The position numbers were made by a program, and so were the translations under genes. 64,000 nucleotides of DNA, from NCBI GenBank assembly GCA_964016885.1, contig OZ024741.1, positions 211,296,001-211,360,000 of the forward strand. The letters are read 5' to 3'. A model generated the notes under the pieces. That model did no database searches. It saw nothing but the letters and a program-made list of their open reading frames with translations, and had not been told where the DNA came from. Source of the stretch: Eledone cirrhosa (taxonomy: Eukaryota). This document shows, piece by piece, positions 57,196-64,000 of the stretch. The stretch's first letter is position 1. Each line of letters opens with the position of its first letter.

Positions 57196-57747
57196 TAGCA
57201 GTGGTACCCCGCGTTGCACGGGATAAGGTATTTTGGAACGCGGGCCGCCAACAGACTTAATCGTGGAAAAACTGCATGCCTGGACAATATGTAAAGCAAA
57301 TAAACCGAATACTCTGATGGCTGGATAATCTTTAAGATTTTCCTCGATAAGGCAGGAAAAATGCAGGTTTTCACCTAATGCAGGGCCTAGGGGATCAAGA
57401 AAATGAATTCTTTTAATGTGCATAATACGTTTTGAAATTTTGGGAAAATCGGCTAGACATAACGCCTCAATAAAGCCCTAAAAGCTGAAAAAATGAAGTC
57501 TTTCACCTAATGCGGACCCTAGGCCATAAAAGAGTTGGATTTTCTTTGCTCACGGTATGAAGAAGCGACTGACTAATACATAGTTACAATTTCAAGGAAA
57601 CAAAAAACACATAAAAAGCTGAAAAAAACGCAGTAATACACATGTAAAGTTTGAAAAAAATCGGTTGGGTTCTTCTCGAGTTTTAGGGATTCAAACTCAC
57701 AGACACACACACACACGGACAAACATCCTCAGTTTTATATATATAGA
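57195..57747 (-). mobile_element. Non-autonomous Helitron with intact termini
   Basis: Minus strand A|TCtatatatataaaa ... cccg-tgcaacg-cggg hairpin ~10 nt before CTAG|T; inserted in (TA)n, no TSD. Confidence 0.88.
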
Positions 57748-57763
57748 TATATATAAAATATAC

Positions 57764-57833
<70 letters not shown>

Positions 57834-57839
<6 letters not shown>

Positions 57840-58016
57840 TCTATTTTTGGCACAAGGCCAGCAAATAACCAGTGCATTACTGGTACTTTATTTTATCGAG
57901 CCCGTAAGAATGAAAGGCAAAGTTAACCTCGGCGGGATTTCAACTCAGAATGACAAGGGCCGTAACACTATGCGTCAAAACATGGCGTTCGACCCTATAC
58001 CGATACTGCCAACCAC
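57834..58016 (-). mobile_element. SINE family A copy
   Basis: Reverse complement of a full copy. Confidence 0.88.
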
Positions 58017-58794
58017 ATATATATACATATATATATGTTGGGTTGTGTATGCATGCTCGTATCTATACCATGCACGCTAGAATATGGTGAATACTAAATA
58101 AAATAAACGAAGTCTCTTTATTCATTGTTCTATACTTTTACTGAGAATATTCTGCCTACAGATTTTTCACTTCTGTAAAATTGGAACTAAACCCATTGTT
58201 TGAAAATTTCACATTCTAAACAGAAAAGTCTGTGAAAAATTTTAGGCGAACTGAAAATGAATGTAGGCAAGCTTTCAGCGCTAGAGGCAGATTCCAATTG
58301 AAAAAAAAAAAAAAAAAAATCAATGATAATTTTATTTTTATTATTAATATCCTTATTTTTTTAATGTTTCATATTCAAAATGAGATCTGGCCTGTTAATG
58401 ATTAGAAGTTTTATTGGCCCGAGGCAAAGAACCAAAGAACCTCATTGATTGAGAAAGTGTAGAACTGAGCGACATAATTACCTCCGTTGTTTGCACTAGC
58501 TTCTGCTTTTTTTCCCACCACATTGCCTTCCACTGATTATATCTTGTTTTCAATTTTATTTTAATATTTCAATATTTATTACGTTGTTGTTGTTTTTTAT
58601 GATCATATGTTAGCAGAAAGAATGAGATTCTTCAGAAGAATAAACTGAACTAATATCGCCTTTAAATATATGACAAGGAATTGCAGTGTTGGTTATATTA
58701 TTAGATTGATCAGAAACGAAAATCGAAACCGGATTGGAGTCTCAGTTCTCCTAGGGTAAAACATAAAACCTACAACTACCACACACCATATGTA

Positions 58795-58990
58795 GAGACA
58801 CGTGACCTAGTGGTAATGGTGTTGGACTTACGATCATAATGTCGTGAGTTTGATTCCTGGGCTGGATTGTGTGTTGTGTTCTTCAGCAAAACACTTCATT
58901 TCACGTTGCTGGAACTTTAAACCTGCGATGGATTAGCGTCCTGTCCAGTGGAAGCCTTTTACTATCAGTCGCTTCACGCCTTGAAACCAG
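58795..58990 (+). mobile_element. SINE family B-related copy
   Basis: gtgacctagtggtaatgg..gagtttgattcc..gtgttcttcagcaaaacacttcatttcacgttgct. Confidence 0.75.
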
Positions 58991-59339
58991 GATAAGCACC
59001 GACCTAATAAGCCTTCTGGCTTTAGACCGACATTAGACCTCACACCAACAAATGCTACATAATGGTATCTGCGTATGTTTGTTGGTTAAGAACACCGAAA
59101 GTTCGAATCCCTGTCTCGCCTTATGTGTTAAAAATAACGCTTCTATGTGGTGGCGTGAGCTGCTATAAATAACTCCCAAATCTTATTCAAATCGCACTCC
59201 ACTCTTTAAATTTAGAAATAACACATTATATAATGTAGGTTTATGTTTGCATTTAACATAAGCTCTGATTATACAAACTGTAGAATAGCGAACCACATCT
59301 AGCATAGGATATACGTATAGTTATCAACTGTATTTAGTA

Positions 59340-62300
59340 ATCAACTGTACAGTAGCCAACTACATTTAAAATACACCATGCTGACAGACACTGTACAGTA
59401 GCCATGTACATTTAAAATATGTCATGGTGACAGACACTGTACAGTAGCCATGTTTATTTAAAATATGTCATGGTGACAGACACTGTACAGTAGCCATGTT
59501 CATTTAAAATATGTCATGGTGACAGACACAGTACAGTAGCCATGTACATTTAAAATATGTCATGGTGACAGACACTGTACAGTAGCCATGTACATTTAAA
59601 ATATGTCATGGTGACAGGCACTGTACAGTAGCCATGTACATTTAAAATATGTCATGGTGACAGACACAGTACAGTAGCCATGTACATTTAAAATATGTCA
59701 TGGTGACAGACACTGTACAGTAGCCATGTACATTTAAAATATGTCATGGTGACAGACACTGTACAGTAGCCATGTACATTTAAAATATGTCATGGTGACA
59801 GACACTGTACAGTAGCCATGTACATTTAAAATATGTCATGGTGACAGACACTGTACAGTAGCCATGTACACTTAACATATAAAATATCCATGGTGACAGA
59901 CACAATACAGTAGCCATGTACATTTAACATATAAAATATGTCATGGTGACAGACACTGTACAGTAGCCATGTACATTTAACATATAAAATATCCATGGTG
60001 ACAGACACTGTACAGTAGCCATGTACATTTAAAATATAAAATATGTCATGGTGACAGACACAATACAGTAGCCATGTACATTTAAAATATAAAATATGTC
60101 ATGGTGACAGACACTGTACAGTAGCCATGTACATTTAAAATATGTCATGGTGACAGACACAGTACAGTAGCCATGTACATTTAAAATATGTCATGGTGAC
60201 AGACACAGTACAGTAGCCATGTACATTTAAAATATAAAATATCCATGGTGACAGACACTGTACAGTAGCCATGTACATTTAAAATATGTCATGGTGACAG
60301 ACACAGTACAGTAGCCATGTACATTTAAAATATAAAATATCCATGGTGACAGACACTGTACAGTAGCCATGTACATTTAAAATATAAAATATGTCATGGT
60401 GACAGACACAGTACAGTAGCCATGTACATTTAACATATAAAATATGTCATGGTGACAGACACTGTACAGTAGCCATGTACATTTAAAATATAAAATATGT
60501 CATGGTGACAGACACAGTACAGTAGCCATGTACATTTAAAATATAAAATATGTCATGGTGACAGACACTGTACAGTAGCCATGTACATTTAACATATAAA
60601 ATATGTCATGGTGACAGACACAGTACAGTAGCCATGTACATTTAAAATATGCCATGGTGACAGACACAATACAGTAGCCATGTACATTTAAAATATAAAA
60701 TATGTCATGGTGACAGACACAGTACAGTAGCCATGTGCATTTAACATATAAAATATCCATGGTGACAGACACTGTACAGTAGCCATGTACATTTAAAATA
60801 TAAAATATGCCATGGTGACAGACACTGTTCAGTAGCCATGTACATTTAAAATATAAAATATGCCATGGTGACAGACACTGTACAGTAGCCATGTAGATTT
60901 AAAATATAAAATATGTCATGGTGACAGACACAGTACAGTAGCCATGTACATTTAAAATATAAAATATGCCATGGTGACAGACACTGTACAGTAGCCATGT
61001 ACATTTAAAATATAAAATATGCCATGGTGACAGACACTGTACAGTAGCCATGTAGATTTAAAATATAAAATATGTCATGGTGACAGACACTGTACAGTAG
61101 CCATGTACATTTAAAATATAAAATATGTCATGGTGACAGACACAGTACAGTAGCCATGTACATTTAAAATATGTCATGGTGACAGACACTGTACAGTGGC
61201 AATGTACATTTAAAATATGTCATGGTGACAGACACTGTACAGTAGCCATGTAGATTTAAAATATGTCATGGTGACAGACACTGTACAGTAGCCATGTACA
61301 TTTAAAATATGTCATGGTGACAGACACAGTACAGTAGCCATGTACATTTAAAATATGTCATGGTGACAGACACTGTACAGTAGCCATGTACATTTAAAAT
61401 ATGTCATGGTGACAGACACAGTACTGTAGCCATGTACATTTAACATATAACATATGCCATGGTGACAGACACTGTACAGTAGCCATGTACATTTAAAATA
61501 TAAAATATGTCATGGTGACAGACACAGTACAGTAGCCATGTACATTTAAAATATAAAATATGTCATGGTGACAGACACAGTACAGTAGCCATGTACATTT
61601 AAAATATAAAATATGTCATGGTGACAGACACAGTACAGTAGCCATGTACATTTAAAATATGTCATGGTGACAGACACTGTACAGTAGCCATGTACATTTA
61701 AAATATGTCATGGTGACAGACACAGTACAGTAGCCATGTACATTTAACATATAACATATGCCATGGTGACAGACACAGTACAGTAGCCATGTACATTTAA
61801 AATATAAAATATGTCATGGTGACAGACACAGTACAGTAGCCATGTACATTTAAAATATAAAATATGTCATGGTGACAGACACAGTACAGTAGCCATGTAC
61901 ATTTAAAATATAAAATATGTCATGGTGACAGACACTGTACAGTAGCCATGTACATTTAAAATATAAAATATGTCATGGTGACAGACACTGTACAGTAGCC
62001 ATGTACATTTAAAATATAAAATATGCCATGGTGACAGACACTGTACAGTAGCCATGTACATTTAAAATATAAAATATGTCATGGTGACAGACACAATACA
62101 GTAGCCATGTACATTTAACATATAAAATATGCCATGGTGACAGACACAGTACAGTAGCCATGTACATTTAAAATATGTCATGGTGACAGACACAGTACAG
62201 TAGCCATGTACATTTAAAATATAAAATATCTCATGGTGACAGACACAGTACAGTAGCCATGTACATTTAACATATAAAATATGCCATGGTGACAGACACA

Positions 62301-64000
62301 GTACAGTAGCCATGTACATTTAACATATAAAATATGTCATGGTGACAGACACTGTACAGTAGCCATGTACATTTAAAATATGTCATGGTGACAGACACTG
62401 TACAGTAGCCATGTACATTTAAAATATGTCATGGTGACAGACACAGTACAGTAGCCATGTACATTTAAAATATGTCATGGTGACAGACACAGTACAGTAG
62501 CCATGTACATTTAACATATAAAATATGTCATGGTGACAGACACAGTACAGTAGCCATGTACATTTAAAATATAAAATATCCATGGTGAAAGACACTGTAC
62601 AGTAGCCATGTACATTTAAAATATGTCATGGTGACAGACACAGTACAGTAGCCATGTACATTTAAAATATAAAATATCCATGGTGACAGACACTGTACAG
62701 TAGCCATGTACATTTAAAATATAAAATATGTCATGGTGACAGACACAGTGCAGTAGCCATGTACATTTAACATATAAAATATGTCATGGTGACAGACACT
62801 GTACAGTAGCTATGTACATTTAAAATATGCCATGGTGACAGACACAATACAGTAGCCATGTACATTTAAAATATAAAATATGCCATGGTGACAGACACAG
62901 TACAGTAGCCATGTGCATTTAACATATAAAATATCCATGGTGACAGACACTGTACAGTAGCCATGTACATTTAAAATATAAAATATGCCATGGTGACAGA
63001 CACTGTACAGTAGCCATGTACATTTAAAATATAAAATATGCCATGGTGACAGACACAGTACAGTAGCCATGTACATTTAAAATATGTCATGGTGACAGAC
63101 ACTGTACAGTAGCCATGTACATTTAAAATATGTCATGGTGACAGACACTGTACAGTGGCAATGTACATTTAAAATATGTCATGGTGACAGACACTGTACA
63201 GTAGCCATGTAGATTTAAAATATGTCATGGTGACAGACACTGTACAGTAGCAATGTTCATTTAAAATATGTCATGGTGACAGACACTGTACAGTAGCAAT
63301 GTTCATTTAAAATATGTCATGGTGACAGACACTGTACAGTGGCAATGTACATTTAAAATATGTCATGGTGACAGACACTGTACAGTAGCCATGTAGATTT
63401 AAAATATGTCATGGTGACAGACACTGTACAGTAGCAATGTTCATTTAAAATATGCCATGGTGACAGACACAGTACAGTAGCCATGTACATTTAAAATATG
63501 TCATGCTGACAGACACTGTACAGTAGCCATGTACATTTAAAATATGTCATGGTGACAGACACAGTACAGTAGCCATGTACATTTAAAATATGTCATGGTG
63601 ACAGACACTGTACAGTAGCCATGTACATTTAAAATATGTCATGGTGACAGACACAGTACAGTAGCCATGTACATTTAACATATAACATATGCCATGGTGA
63701 CAGACACTGTACAGTAGCCACGTAGATTTAACATATAAAATATGCCATGGTGACAGACACAGTACAGTAGCCATGTACATTTAACATATAAAATATGCCA
63801 TGGTGACAGACACAGTACAGTAGCCATGTACATTTAAAATATAAAATATGTCATGGTGACAGACACAGTACAGTAGCCATGTACATTTAACATATAACAT
63901 ATGCCATGGTGACAGACACAGTACAGTAGCCATGTACATTTAAAATATAAAATATGTCATGGTGACAGACACAGTACAGTAGCCATGTACATTTAAAATA
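59340..64000. repeat. Tandem satellite, 46-bp unit with 53-bp variant; runs off the window
   Basis: catttaaaatatgtcatggtgacagacactgtacagtagccatgta (46 bp); +7-bp aaaatat variant; no unique spacers. Confidence 0.97.

Noticed and set aside
59075-59125. tRNA gene (gttcgaatccc), and similar SINE heads elsewhere
   Set aside because: Only A/B-box remnants with no cloverleaf; these are SINE-derived.
59340-64000. CRISPR-like array
   Set aside because: Units are contiguous with no unique spacers, no cas genes, eukaryotic context; it is a satellite.

Overview
Eukaryotic, very AT-rich, repeat-dominated DNA. The repeat make-up ((TA)n/(TACA)n/(CA)n arrays, two tRNA-headed SINE families, RTE, R4/Dong, Penelope, Helitron) resembles an octopus/cephalopod genome; that is my inference, not a database result. 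I see no intact host gene, and nearly all listed ORFs are microsatellite translations. Recognisable coding relics are a degraded R4/Dong LINE (17.4-20.7 kb), two Penelope-like (PLE) GIY-YIG fragments (34.8-35.1 kb, minus; 47.0-48.1 kb, plus) and RTE fragments. A 46/53-bp satellite fills the last 4.6 kb. The main signal is a set of about a dozen fold-back (inverted-repeat) insertions from largely unrelated families, almost all sitting in (TA)n tracts. Most carry a minimal type I hammerhead ribozyme (HHR) motif, often with a palindromic stem III. Wherever orientation can be read, the arms are head-to-head. One arm usually keeps the full 3' end while the other starts internally at a TA-like microhomology. 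Many HHR cores are non-canonical (U4A, U4C, U3-A8, A3-U8, 50-100 nt stem II inserts). One locus looks like a 431-nt retrozyme-like monomer. All folds and coordinates were read by eye and need computational confirmation.
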